From: an uncultured delta proteobacterium
GTDB taxonomy: Bacteria; Desulfobacterota; RBG-13-43-22
DNA length: 64,000 nt
Assembly (NCBI GenBank): GCA_963743305.1
Contig: CAVUPH010000013.1
Location: 96,001 to 160,000 of the forward strand
Direction of reading: 5' to 3'
In this document: one piece after another, positions 11,318-19,781 of the stretch
Numbering within the stretch: position 1 is the stretch's first letter
Layout of the letters: every line of letters begins with the position of its first letter
Notes under the pieces: model-generated
Seen by the model: only the letters and a program-made list of their open reading frames with translations
Told to the model about the DNA's origin: nothing
Database searches by the model: none
Position numbers and translations under genes: made by a program

Positions 11318-12115
11318 ATGGATTGGAAAAACGACCCGGCCTATCACGGTAAAATACTAACCGGCCATTACAGCCAGGCGCTCAAAGAGCGGGTGGCAAA
11401 ATGTATAGCCGATAATCGCGTTTTCGAAGATACGGGAAACCCTGCTATCTGTTATATCGCCGCCTGGCACGAAAAAGATCGCATCATCTGGTACGAATTC
11501 GCCAGCAGTCGGTTAAGCGAGTTACTGGATTGTGAAGCTGGGCAAGTAGCCGAAGTCTTCCGCAAGAGCGTGATCGAACGGCGCGTCTACAAATACCAAA
11601 CGGATGAACCTGGAATAAAGAAAGAAATCATCCACCGACCGGAACTGACCAGTTTCCGAAAACAGTTGCGCGAGGAGGTAAAAAAGACCGGTGTCATCGA
11701 GGCGGTTTATAAACTTTCTTTACCCGCCGGTCGATCTTTTTGGCTGAAGGATCAGGCCGAGATAGAAAGGCATCCAAGGGACCACTCCAGCATCTCCCTT
11801 GGCTGCCTGACCGAGGTCTCCAAGGAAATGGAAGCCGCGGAAGAACGGGAGAGGCTGGTGGTAGAGCTTCAGGAGGCTTTATCCAAGGTCAAACAGCTTA
11901 GCGGTTTGCTGCCCATCTGTGCTTCCTGCAAAAAAATACGGGACGACCAAGGATATTGGAATCAGATCGAAGAATATATTCGGAATCACTCCGAAGCCGA
12001 TTTCAGTCATGGCCTTTGCCCCCCCTGCATCGAAAAACTTTACCCCGATTATGTCCAAGATAAAAGCAACAGGGATGAAATGGCAAAAAAAACGGGCAGA
12101 AAAAATTTCACTTGA
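11318..12115 (+). CDS. PAS-like domain protein with C-terminal Cys-rich (LPICASCKKIRDD...SHGLCPPC) domain
   Basis: Conserved C-terminal motif common on deltaproteobacterial signalling proteins; PAC-like FWLKDQA segment. Confidence 0.7.
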   Translation: MDWKNDPAYHGKILTGHYSQALKERVAKCIADNRVFEDTGNPAICYIAAWHEKDRIIWYEFASSRLSELLDCEAGQVAEVFRKSVIERRVYKYQTDEPGIKKEIIHRPELTSFRKQLREEVKKTGVIEAVYKLSLPAGRSFWLKDQAEIERHPRDHSSISLGCLTEVSKEMEAAEERERLVVELQEALSKVKQLSGLLPICASCKKIRDDQGYWNQIEEYIRNHSEADFSHGLCPPCIEKLYPDYVQDKSNRDEMAKKTGRKNFT

Positions 12116-12140
12116 AATCACAGCAAAGGAGGAAACCAAG

Positions 12141-12845
12141 ATGACCCAGACGATCACCCGGGATAAGACTTTTCAGGTTGTTATGAAACGAATGGTGGAA
12201 AAGGGGCGGGCCCCGCATTATACGGAAATTGCGTCGGAGTTGAGGGTTTCAGTCGAAGAAGGCAGGAAGGCCCTTCACGACCTCCATTTCCCGGGATTTC
12301 CCGGTTGGCTGGCTCCCAATACGGATTATATCTCGTCATTTCCGCCATTCAGCAACCTGCCCACACAATACCGCATCACTATTGAGGGTCGGCAGGATTG
12401 GTTCGGCCAATGAGGGTTTGAGTCGCTGGCGGTCAGCTGGCTCTTCCCCGGGAAAACGGTCCAGGTCGATGCCCCTTGCCTCGATTGCGGTTCTCCGATC
12501 AGGATCCGTATGAAAGATGGTAGATTAGAAAGTACCGATCCCGAAAACCTGGTAGCCTACACCTCGGTCCCATTCCGGGAATGGTTTAATAACCTCCCCT
12601 ACGCCTGAAGCACCATGAATCTCTTCCGGTCGGAAGAGCACGTTCGTAACTGGAGTGGATTTAAAACGAAGACCGAGGAAGGCATCATTCCTTTATCCGC
12701 AATGGTCAATGTCTTCTCGGGAAATTTCTTCGCGAAGAGGCTGGATCCGGATTATATGTCGCACTTTCAGGAGTATATTGGTGAATTCATTTCGACGGTC
12801 AAGGAAATCGGGAAATCCCGTCCATTTTGGGCACCCGAGTCTTAG
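12141..12845 (+). CDS. MerB (organomercurial lyase)-like protein with two predicted selenocysteines
   Basis: AAGGAGG RBS at 12126-12132; one reading frame through TGA 12411-12413 (WFGQ-U-GFE) and TGA 12606-12608 (PYA-U-STMNLFRSEEH), 234 aa; N-terminal HTH-like region, PTQYRITIEG (like MerB TPHRFxVDG) and CLDC; hairpins after both TGAs. Confidence 0.82.
12420..12443 (+). promoter_or_regulatory. Putative bacterial SECIS element for TGA 12411
   Basis: GAGTC-GCTGGCGGTCAGC-T-GGCTC stem-loop with GGTC 17 nt after the TGA. Confidence 0.6.
12621..12638 (+). promoter_or_regulatory. Putative bacterial SECIS element for TGA 12606
   Basis: Perfect CTCTTCC-GGTC-GGAAGAG hairpin starting 12 nt after the TGA. 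Confidence 0.75.
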
Positions 12846-12938
12846 AGGGAACCCCATCTTTGCGGAGACAGTACGGCAATCCGCGGCCAGGAGGCGTACG
12901 GAGCCAGATTTCCCCATAATAAAGAGTGAGGGCGGACA

Positions 12939-13403
12939 ATGTATTTCGAGGAATTTGTGGTTGGGGCTGAATTCGCTACTGGCCCGCGGCAGATAATCAA
13001 TGCCGAGGTGACCGCTTTTTTGGATCTCTCCTTGCTTAAAAACCCGATTTTTATGGATGACCAGGCCGCCCGGACCGTTGGGCACCCGAAACGCATTCTT
13101 CCGGCCCCGTTACTCATTAGTATGGCCATGGGCTTATGTCAGCAACGGGGGCTTTTCGACCATATGGTCGCAGTCTTGGAGTTCGAATACGTCAAGTTCC
13201 AGAGACCCAGCTATCTCGGCGATTCGGTCCAGGTAAAAAGCCGGGTAGTCCTGGCCCGACCGACCAAGAACCTTCACCGGGGACTGGTCAAAATACGTTT
13301 TGAGCTCCACAATCAACGCCGGGAGTCCGTATTGGAAATGCAGGCGGTATATTTGATGGTGCGCCGGCCACCCGAGAAATCCATTTTGCCAATCACCCCT
13401 TGA
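12939..13403 (+). CDS. MaoC/PaaZ-like hot-dog fold dehydratase
   Basis: MYFEEFVVG, NPIFMD, VKFQRPSYLGD motifs. Confidence 0.8.
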   Translation: MYFEEFVVGAEFATGPRQIINAEVTAFLDLSLLKNPIFMDDQAARTVGHPKRILPAPLLISMAMGLCQQRGLFDHMVAVLEFEYVKFQRPSYLGDSVQVKSRVVLARPTKNLHRGLVKIRFELHNQRRESVLEMQAVYLMVRRPPEKSILPITP

Positions 13404-13438
13404 AGAAGCAATAGGGCTTATTAAGAAAATCTCCTGGC

Positions 13439-14281
13439 ATGGACAAACTGATCATTACCGCGGCTTTGACCGGCGCCGCCCCCACCAAGGAGCAAAATCC
13501 CGCCGTTCCTTACAGCCCGGAGGAAATCGCGACCGAAGCCCTGCGGTCCTGGCGGGCCGGGGCCGCTATCGTGCATATCCATGTTCGCGATCCCCAAAGC
13601 GGGAAGCCGGCCTTTAAAAAGGAACTCTTCGCCGAGGTAGTGGATCGAATCCGGGCGGAGAGCGATGTGCTCATCAACCTGACTGCCAGCGCTTTTAACC
13701 TGGAAGGACCGGAAGTGGGCCTCCGGCGTCTCATGCCTTTGGAGCTGGAACCCGACCTCTGTTCCCTGGATGTGGGCAGCCTCAATTTCCGTGGCGGCCG
13801 GGTCTTTGTCAATCCTCCGGATTGGGTGGAACTGGCGGCTGTGGAAATGCGGAAGGCCGGGGTAAAACCGGAGCTGGAAGTCTTTGACCTGGGACATGTC
13901 CGCCAGGCCGTCGATCTGCTGGAAAGAGGTCTTCTGGACGATCCGCCCTATTTTCAGATTTGCCTGGGTGTGCCCTGGGGGATAAACGGCGACCTGGAGG
14001 GACTTCTGGCCATGAAAAATCGCCTGCCCCCAGAATGCCAGTGGTCCGTAATGGGGGTAGGGCCCACGCAGCTCCCGTTGACCACCCAGGCGCTGCTTCT
14101 GGGCGGACACGTCCGGGTGGGGTTTGAAGACAATCTCTACCTGAGCCGGGGGATGAAGGCCGACTCCAATGCCCGGTTTGTGGAACGGTCCGTCGCTCTG
14201 GCGAAGCTGCTGAACCGGGAGGTGGCTTCCTGCACCGAGGCGCGGGAAATCCTCAGGCTTCCTTCCCGCGGGAACTCCTGA
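13439..14281 (+). CDS. Beta-keto acid cleavage enzyme (3-keto-5-aminohexanoate cleavage family)
   Basis: IITAALTGA, GAAIVHIHVRD, KPELEVFD, GGHVRVGFEDN motifs. Confidence 0.92.
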   Translation: MDKLIITAALTGAAPTKEQNPAVPYSPEEIATEALRSWRAGAAIVHIHVRDPQSGKPAFKKELFAEVVDRIRAESDVLINLTASAFNLEGPEVGLRRLMPLELEPDLCSLDVGSLNFRGGRVFVNPPDWVELAAVEMRKAGVKPELEVFDLGHVRQAVDLLERGLLDDPPYFQICLGVPWGINGDLEGLLAMKNRLPPECQWSVMGVGPTQLPLTTQALLLGGHVRVGFEDNLYLSRGMKADSNARFVERSVALAKLLNREVASCTEAREILRLPSRGNS

Positions 14282-14430
14282 TCATCTGAATTTATACCTC
14301 ACACCATTGCGGTGTGGTTAGATAAAGAAGGCTTTTAAGACAAATTAATAATCAATAATGATGGTTTGCAAGATTGTCAATTATTAACCGTTTCGGTTCT
14401 ATGTACATATTAATGAGGGGCTGATTATTC

Positions 14431-15366
14431 ATGCCTGAAATTGGAATTATCGGCGCCGGGACCATGGGCCACGGCATCGCCCAGTGCTTTGCCGTCAAAG
14501 GGTGGCAGGTCAGGCTATATGATGTCAACCGGGAGGTCCTTGACAGCGCCCCGGTCCGCATCCGTTCCAATCTGGAACTCTTTATGGAATGTGGATGGGC
14601 TCAACCGGAGTCCGTCGAGGCAGCTCTTCGGAATATTGCTTTATCTGAAGACCTGCCTTCGACCGTCCGGACCCCTGAGCTGATCATCGAATCGGTCAGC
14701 GAAGAATTGGACCTCAAGCGCCGTCTCTTTGCGGAATTGGAGGAGCTGACCATTCCGGAGACCATTCTCTGCAGCAATACCTCGGCCTTGAGCATTACCT
14801 CCATCAGCCGAGGTCTGAAACACCCGGAACGGGTCCTCGGCACCCATTTCTGGAACCCGCCCCATATCCTGCCCTGCGTGGAAGTAATCAAAAGCGAAAC
14901 CACTTCCGACCGGGTTTTTGAAGAAGTCGTCTTCCTGTTGGCCGGTTTGGGCAAGGAACCGATCCGGGTGCTCCGGGATGTGCCCGGGTTCGTAGGCAAC
15001 CGCATGCAACACGCCCTGCAGCGGGAGGCCATGAACTTGGTGGACCAGGGGATTGCCGCGCCGGAGGAGGTGGACCGGGTGGTCAAATTCGGCTTTGGCT
15101 TGCGTCTGGCCCTGATGGGACCGCTGGAGCGTTCCGACTGGGGTGGGCTGGACATCACTTACCGGGTCCAAAAATATCTGCTGCCCTACCTCTGCAATGA
15201 TACCAACCCCTCACCGCTGCTGACCCGGAAAGTGGCAGCCGGGGAGTTGGGAGCCAAAACCGGGCAGGGCTGGTATGACTGGCCGGAGGAGAAAAAGGCT
15301 CGGGCTATTAAAGAGAGAGATCGGCGATTGATTGAACTCATTCGATTGACGCGCCAGGAAGGATGA
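14431..15366 (+). CDS. 3-hydroxyacyl-CoA dehydrogenase
   Basis: GAGTMGHGIA, SNTS, GTHFWNPP, PGFVGNR motifs. Confidence 0.92.
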   Translation: MPEIGIIGAGTMGHGIAQCFAVKGWQVRLYDVNREVLDSAPVRIRSNLELFMECGWAQPESVEAALRNIALSEDLPSTVRTPELIIESVSEELDLKRRLFAELEELTIPETILCSNTSALSITSISRGLKHPERVLGTHFWNPPHILPCVEVIKSETTSDRVFEEVVFLLAGLGKEPIRVLRDVPGFVGNRMQHALQREAMNLVDQGIAAPEEVDRVVKFGFGLRLALMGPLERSDWGGLDITYRVQKYLLPYLCNDTNPSPLLTRKVAAGELGAKTGQGWYDWPEEKKARAIKERDRRLIELIRLTRQEG

Positions 15367-15507
15367 TTTCGCAGAAAATTCCAAACTGACATACCGATCG
15401 AAGTTGTTTACCACCAAAACCCCCGTCTAAAAACCCTTTGCCTTCCCGTCTGGTTTGAATAATAATCAGTAACTCGGCTAACGTTTCTAAATGCAAAAGG
15501 AATATCC

Positions 15508-18192
15508 ATGGACCAACGGAAAGTGCTCTACCTGATTGATGGCAGTTCCTATATCTACCGGGCCTTTTACGCCATTGCCCACCTGTCCAACAGCAAAGGG
15601 ATGCCCACCCAGGCCATTTACGGGTTCGTCCAGATGGTGAACAAAGTTTTGGAAGAGCAAGCGCCCCAATACCTGGCCCTGATATTTGATGCCAAAGGCC
15701 CCACCTTTCGCCACGAGATCTTTCCGGATTACAAGGCCACCCGGCCCCCCATGCCGGAGGCCCTCCAGGTCCAGATTCCTTATATTAAGGAGGTCAGCCG
15801 GGGTTACGGCTTTCCTATCTTAGAAAAGGCGGGGATGGAGGCCGATGACTTGATCGGCACCCTGGCCCTGGAGGCGGAAAAAAAAGGATTTGAGGTAGTC
15901 ATCGTTTCCGGAGATAAGGACCTGATGCAGCTTATTTCCAAAAAGGTCTGGATGTGGGACACCCTGAAGGATCAGGTCTTTGACTTGAACACCGTCCAGG
16001 AACGCTTCGGCACCACCCCTAATCATGTCCCCGACGTGATGGGCCTATCGGGCGACAACAGTGACAATATCCCCGGTGTCCCGGGCATCGGGGAGAAAAC
16101 CGCGAAGAAACTGATCCAGGCCCATGGTTCGCTGGATAAGCTGCTGGCGAACCTGCCCAACGTCACTCCGCCCAAGATACGGGAGAAAATCGTCGCCTTT
16201 CGGGAACAGGCCCTCCTGTCCCGGCGTCTGGCCACGATCGACACCGGTGTTTCCCTGGACCTTTCCGTAGAGGAACTGAAGCCGGGGCCGGCGGATTTGG
16301 AAAAATTGAAGGCGCTGTTTACCGAACTGGAGTTCAAGAAATTCCTGGACGGGCTGGGCGAGGTGACGGAGGTGCGCGACCACCCCCGGGACTATCAAGG
16401 GGTTTTCGAGCAAAAAGACCTGGAGCGGATCATCCAGCAGATCAAGAAAGCCGGCCGGGTATCCCTGGACCTGGAAACGACCTCGGCGGACCCCATCCGG
16501 GCCGAGATCGTGGGCATCGCCCTCTCCTGGAAAGAGGGTGAAGGTTTTTATGTCCCCGTAGGCCACACTTATTTAGGCGTCCCCGATCAACTACCGCGGG
16601 ACCGGGTGCTGGCCGAACTGACCGACCTGATTCAAGATTCCCGGATCGCCAAAATCGGTCAAAATATCAAGTACGAATGGCTGGTTCTGCGCCGTTACGG
16701 GTTGGATTACCAGGGGATCGCCTTCGACACCATGCTGGCTTCCTACCTGCTCAACCCCGGCCGCCGGGCGCATAACCTGAATCAGATCGCCTGGGAACAC
16801 CTCAATCAAAAACTGATCACCTACAAGGAAGTGGTGGGCTCGGGTCCCAAGGCCTTGAATTTCAGTGCCGTGCCGGTGAACCGAGCCGTGGAGTACGCGG
16901 CTGAGGATGCGGAGGTCACCCTGACGCTGGCGGACTTGCTGGGACCGCTGCTGACCAGGGAGGGGTTGGACGATCTGTTCAGGGAAATGGAAATGCCTTT
17001 GATCACCGTGCTGGCCGAAATGGAGTGGCAGGGTATTCGGATCGACAGCCGGTCTCTCAGCGATCTGTCCAAGGAGTTGGAGGGGAAATTAAATCAGATC
17101 GAGGAGCAGGTCTACACCCTGGCCGGGGAACGCTTCAATCTCAACTCCCCGCAGCAGATGAGCCGGATCTTGTTCGAAAAACTGCAACTGCCCTCCGCCA
17201 AGAAAACCAAGGGTAAAAGCCACAGCTCCACGGACGCCGAGGTCCTCCGGGACCTGGCCGTGCAATACCCGATCGCCGCGGAAATCTGGAACTATCGTAC
17301 CTTAAGCAAGCTGAAATCCACCTACGTCGACGCCCTACCGAAGCTGATCAACCCGGAGACCGGGCGGCTGCATACCTCCTTCAACCAGACCGTGACGGCT
17401 ACCGGTCGGTTGAGCAGCAGCGAGCCCAATCTGCAGAATATCCCGGTACGCACCGAGGAGGGGCGCCGCATCCGACAGGCCTTTGTGGCCGAACCCGGTT
17501 GGGTGCTGCTGTCGGCCGACTATTCCCAGATCGAACTGCGGGTCATGGCCCATTACAGTCAGGACCCCAACTTGATGGCCGCCTTTCAAGCCGGGGAGGA
17601 TGTGCATACCCGCACGGCCGTCGAATTGTTCAACGTGCCTTCCGGTGAGGTGACCGCGGATATGCGTCGTCAGGCCAAGGTGATCAATTTCGGGATCATC
17701 TACGGCATGAGCGCCTTCGGTTTATCCAAGGAATTGGGGATCGGGGCCCGGGAGGCCCAGGAAATGATCGACCAGTACTTTTTAAAATATGAAGGCGTAA
17801 AACGCTTTTTGGATCAGACGCTGGCGGAAGCCCGGGAAAACAGGTTTGTCACCACCCTCTTCAACCGGCGCCGGATCATCGAGGAAATCAACAGCTCCAA
17901 CCGGGTGGCCCGTCAGTTCGCCGAGCGCACGGCCATCAACACCCCCATTCAGGGGAGCGCCGCCGACCTGATCAAGATGGCCATGATTGTGATCGACCGG
18001 GAAATGAAAAAGCAGGGTCTGCGGGCCCGAATGCTCCTTCAGGTGCATGACGAACTGGTGTTCGAAGCGCCGGAGCAGGAAGTCGAGGCGCTGAAAAAAC
18101 TGGTCAGGCAGCACATGGAAGCGGCCATGGAATTGCGGGTCCCGCTGTTGGTGCAGATCTCCACGGGGCGGAATTGGGCCGAGTTAAAATAA
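15508..18192 (+). CDS. polA: DNA polymerase I
   Basis: 894 aa; DGSSYIYRAF (5'-3' exo), DLETT (3'-5' exo), TGRLSSSEPNLQNIP, DYSQIELR, QVHDELV. Confidence 0.98.
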   Translation: MDQRKVLYLIDGSSYIYRAFYAIAHLSNSKGMPTQAIYGFVQMVNKVLEEQAPQYLALIFDAKGPTFRHEIFPDYKATRPPMPEALQVQIPYIKEVSRGYGFPILEKAGMEADDLIGTLALEAEKKGFEVVIVSGDKDLMQLISKKVWMWDTLKDQVFDLNTVQERFGTTPNHVPDVMGLSGDNSDNIPGVPGIGEKTAKKLIQAHGSLDKLLANLPNVTPPKIREKIVAFREQALLSRRLATIDTGVSLDLSVEELKPGPADLEKLKALFTELEFKKFLDGLGEVTEVRDHPRDYQGVFEQKDLERIIQQIKKAGRVSLDLETTSADPIRAEIVGIALSWKEGEGFYVPVGHTYLGVPDQLPRDRVLAELTDLIQDSRIAKIGQNIKYEWLVLRRYGLDYQGIAFDTMLASYLLNPGRRAHNLNQIAWEHLNQKLITYKEVVGSGPKALNFSAVPVNRAVEYAAEDAEVTLTLADLLGPLLTREGLDDLFREMEMPLITVLAEMEWQGIRIDSRSLSDLSKELEGKLNQIEEQVYTLAGERFNLNSPQQMSRILFEKLQLPSAKKTKGKSHSSTDAEVLRDLAVQYPIAAEIWNYRTLSKLKSTYVDALPKLINPETGRLHTSFNQTVTATGRLSSSEPNLQNIPVRTEEGRRIRQAFVAEPGWVLLSADYSQIELRVMAHYSQDPNLMAAFQAGEDVHTRTAVELFNVPSGEVTADMRRQAKVINFGIIYGMSAFGLSKELGIGAREAQEMIDQYFLKYEGVKRFLDQTLAEARENRFVTTLFNRRRIIEEINSSNRVARQFAERTAINTPIQGSAADLIKMAMIVIDREMKKQGLRARMLLQVHDELVFEAPEQEVEALKKLVRQHMEAAMELRVPLLVQISTGRNWAELK

Positions 18193-18220
18193 AAAACCGC
18201 ACCCTCGGGTGCGATTTTTT
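18192..18220. terminator. Bidirectional intrinsic terminator between polA and vapC
   Basis: A-tract, CGCACC-CTCG-GGTGCG hairpin, T-tract. Confidence 0.75.
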
Positions 18221-18644
18221 ATGAAGGGACCCGCCATTTCAGCCCCGGGAACCGGGCATAGTCGCGGTCGAGGGTAATCCATTCACAGCCCGACTCGATG
18301 GCCAGGGCCGCAAACCAGGCATCCGGGGCCAGGTTGCCGCGGGCGTCTGCCTCGAGGCATAGGCGGGTAAATATCCCCCAGTGCCGTTCCCCCGGTTGGA
18401 TGATCAGACCTTGGGGTTGGGCTAACAGGATTTCACAGAATCCGACAACCTCGTCCAGGCCACTCGGCTCCTTAAACACCTTCGGATGGGTGGTAATTCG
18501 AATAAGACCGCTCAAAACCTGGGGAGACATCCCAAAACGTCCCTCACCGTTGACGACCTCCTGAAGCCACTTTCTGCAAACCGAATGGTGCGAGGCATCG
18601 GACCGGAAGGCGTGAACCAGGATGTTGACATCGGGAAGAATCAC
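18219..18644 (-). CDS. vapC: PIN-domain VapC toxin
   Basis: MILPDVNILVHA, PDAWFAALAIE, TLDRDYARFPGL. Confidence 0.9.
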   Translation of the reverse strand: MILPDVNILVHAFRSDASHHSVCRKWLQEVVNGEGRFGMSPQVLSGLIRITTHPKVFKEPSGLDEVVGFCEILLAQPQGLIIQPGERHWGIFTRLCLEADARGNLAPDAWFAALAIESGCEWITLDRDYARFPGLKWRVPS

Positions 18645-18881
18645 GGCTTATCCATAACTTCTTCCAGTTCCCCTGACCGATTGAGGTCCACACCCGGAAG
18701 GACTCCCTCCCGAGGCCTTAGATATCGGCAACTGAACCCGCTTCCGGCGGTCACCCTTCGCTGGGGACAGGACCATGGTCAGACCCTCTTCGATCACCGA
18801 GGTGAGGGCTCTTCCCTCATCGGCCGCCCGCTTTTTTGCCCGTCGCAGGAGATCGTCTTTTATTCGAACGGTTGTTCTCAT
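18641..18881 (-). CDS. vapB: VapB/CopG-like antitoxin (one +1 frameshift near 18706)
   Basis: MRTTVRIKDDLLRRAK RHH start; removing one G gives ...SGGVLPGVDLNRSGELEEVMDKP* overlapping the vapC start. Confidence 0.8.
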
Positions 18882-19063
18882 GCATATAAACATATAAATA
18901 TTGCATCAATATGTCAAGTAGAAAAAACCGGACCGATAGGGGTAAAAAATTTTAATTGATATTATAGTAAAAATCCGATAAAAAAGCAGGTGATTCAGAT
19001 TACAAAAAGAGAGTCATCGTTAACCCTCACCCTGGAGGAAGGCGATCCAAACCAAAGCCTCGT

Positions 19064-19091
19064 TCTAAATTCTTAAAACGGGGCTTTTTTT
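19064..19091. terminator. Intrinsic terminator-like hairpin
   Basis: AAAGCCTCGTT...AACGGGGCTTTTTTT. Confidence 0.55.
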
Positions 19092-19103
19092 ATAACAAGA
19101 AAA

Positions 19104-19445
19104 CTAAAGAGCCAGGCTTAATCTAAGTGCCTGGTCAACCTCTTCCATTTTCTTCTCTTCAATGAGGCCCAATCTTTTTTCCAGTCGATCTTTGGAAACC
19201 GTGAGGATTTGGCCGGCTTTTACGATGGAGGGTTTAGTCAATCCTCCCTGGGGTGGTTCGATCAAGACATTCATGGGATAAATTCTGATGGCGGCCGAAA
19301 GGGCGGCGACAATCGTGGTGGAGGCATGTTCATTGCCAATATCGTTTTGAATAACCAGCGCGGGCCTTTTCCCCGCCTGTTCGTTTCCGCGGGCAGGATT
19401 CCAGTTGACCAGCCAAATTTCACCGCGTCGGGGAAAGGGATTCAT
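19104..19445 (-). CDS. mazF: MazF/PemK endoribonuclease toxin
   Basis: RRGEIWLV, GNEQAGKRPALVIQND, QILTVSKDRL. Confidence 0.92.
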   Translation of the reverse strand: MNPFPRRGEIWLVNWNPARGNEQAGKRPALVIQNDIGNEHASTTIVAALSAAIRIYPMNVLIEPPQGGLTKPSIVKAGQILTVSKDRLEKRLGLIEEKKMEEVDQALRLSLAL

Positions 19446-19675
19446 CGCAACATTTTCCTTTGGACCTCAAAAGCCCATTCGGCCCATTGCCTGTCTTCTT
19501 CCGCCATTTCCCGGTATCCCTTCCTCATCAAAGTCCCAGTCTGCTTTGTTAACCACAGGGAAAGGGCTTCCTGGGCTACTTGGCTGCGAGCCATCTTAAA
19601 ACGCTTGCTGGCTTGGTCAATAGCCGTGCATAATCCTTCGTCGATGGTAATCGTTATTTTCTTTTTGGTTTGCAT
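19442..19675 (-). CDS. Ribbon-helix-helix antitoxin (MazE/NdoAI-like)
   Basis: KITITID RHH strand, MRKGYREMA tail; 4-nt overlap with the toxin gene. Confidence 0.85.
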   Translation of the reverse strand: MQTKKKITITIDEGLCTAIDQASKRFKMARSQVAQEALSLWLTKQTGTLMRKGYREMAEEDRQWAEWAFEVQRKMLR

Positions 19676-19781
19676 AATACCCCCAATAAATCAGATTTTT
19701 TATAAGATATTATGACATATTAATTATCCTGTCAATTTCTATATTTTAAACGGGACTTTCTGGTTAGGAAAGGTCATCGAA

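Noticed and set aside
11919-12140. N-terminal extension of the ORF 11919-12413
   Set aside because: Overlaps the upstream gene; the strong RBS points to ATG 12141
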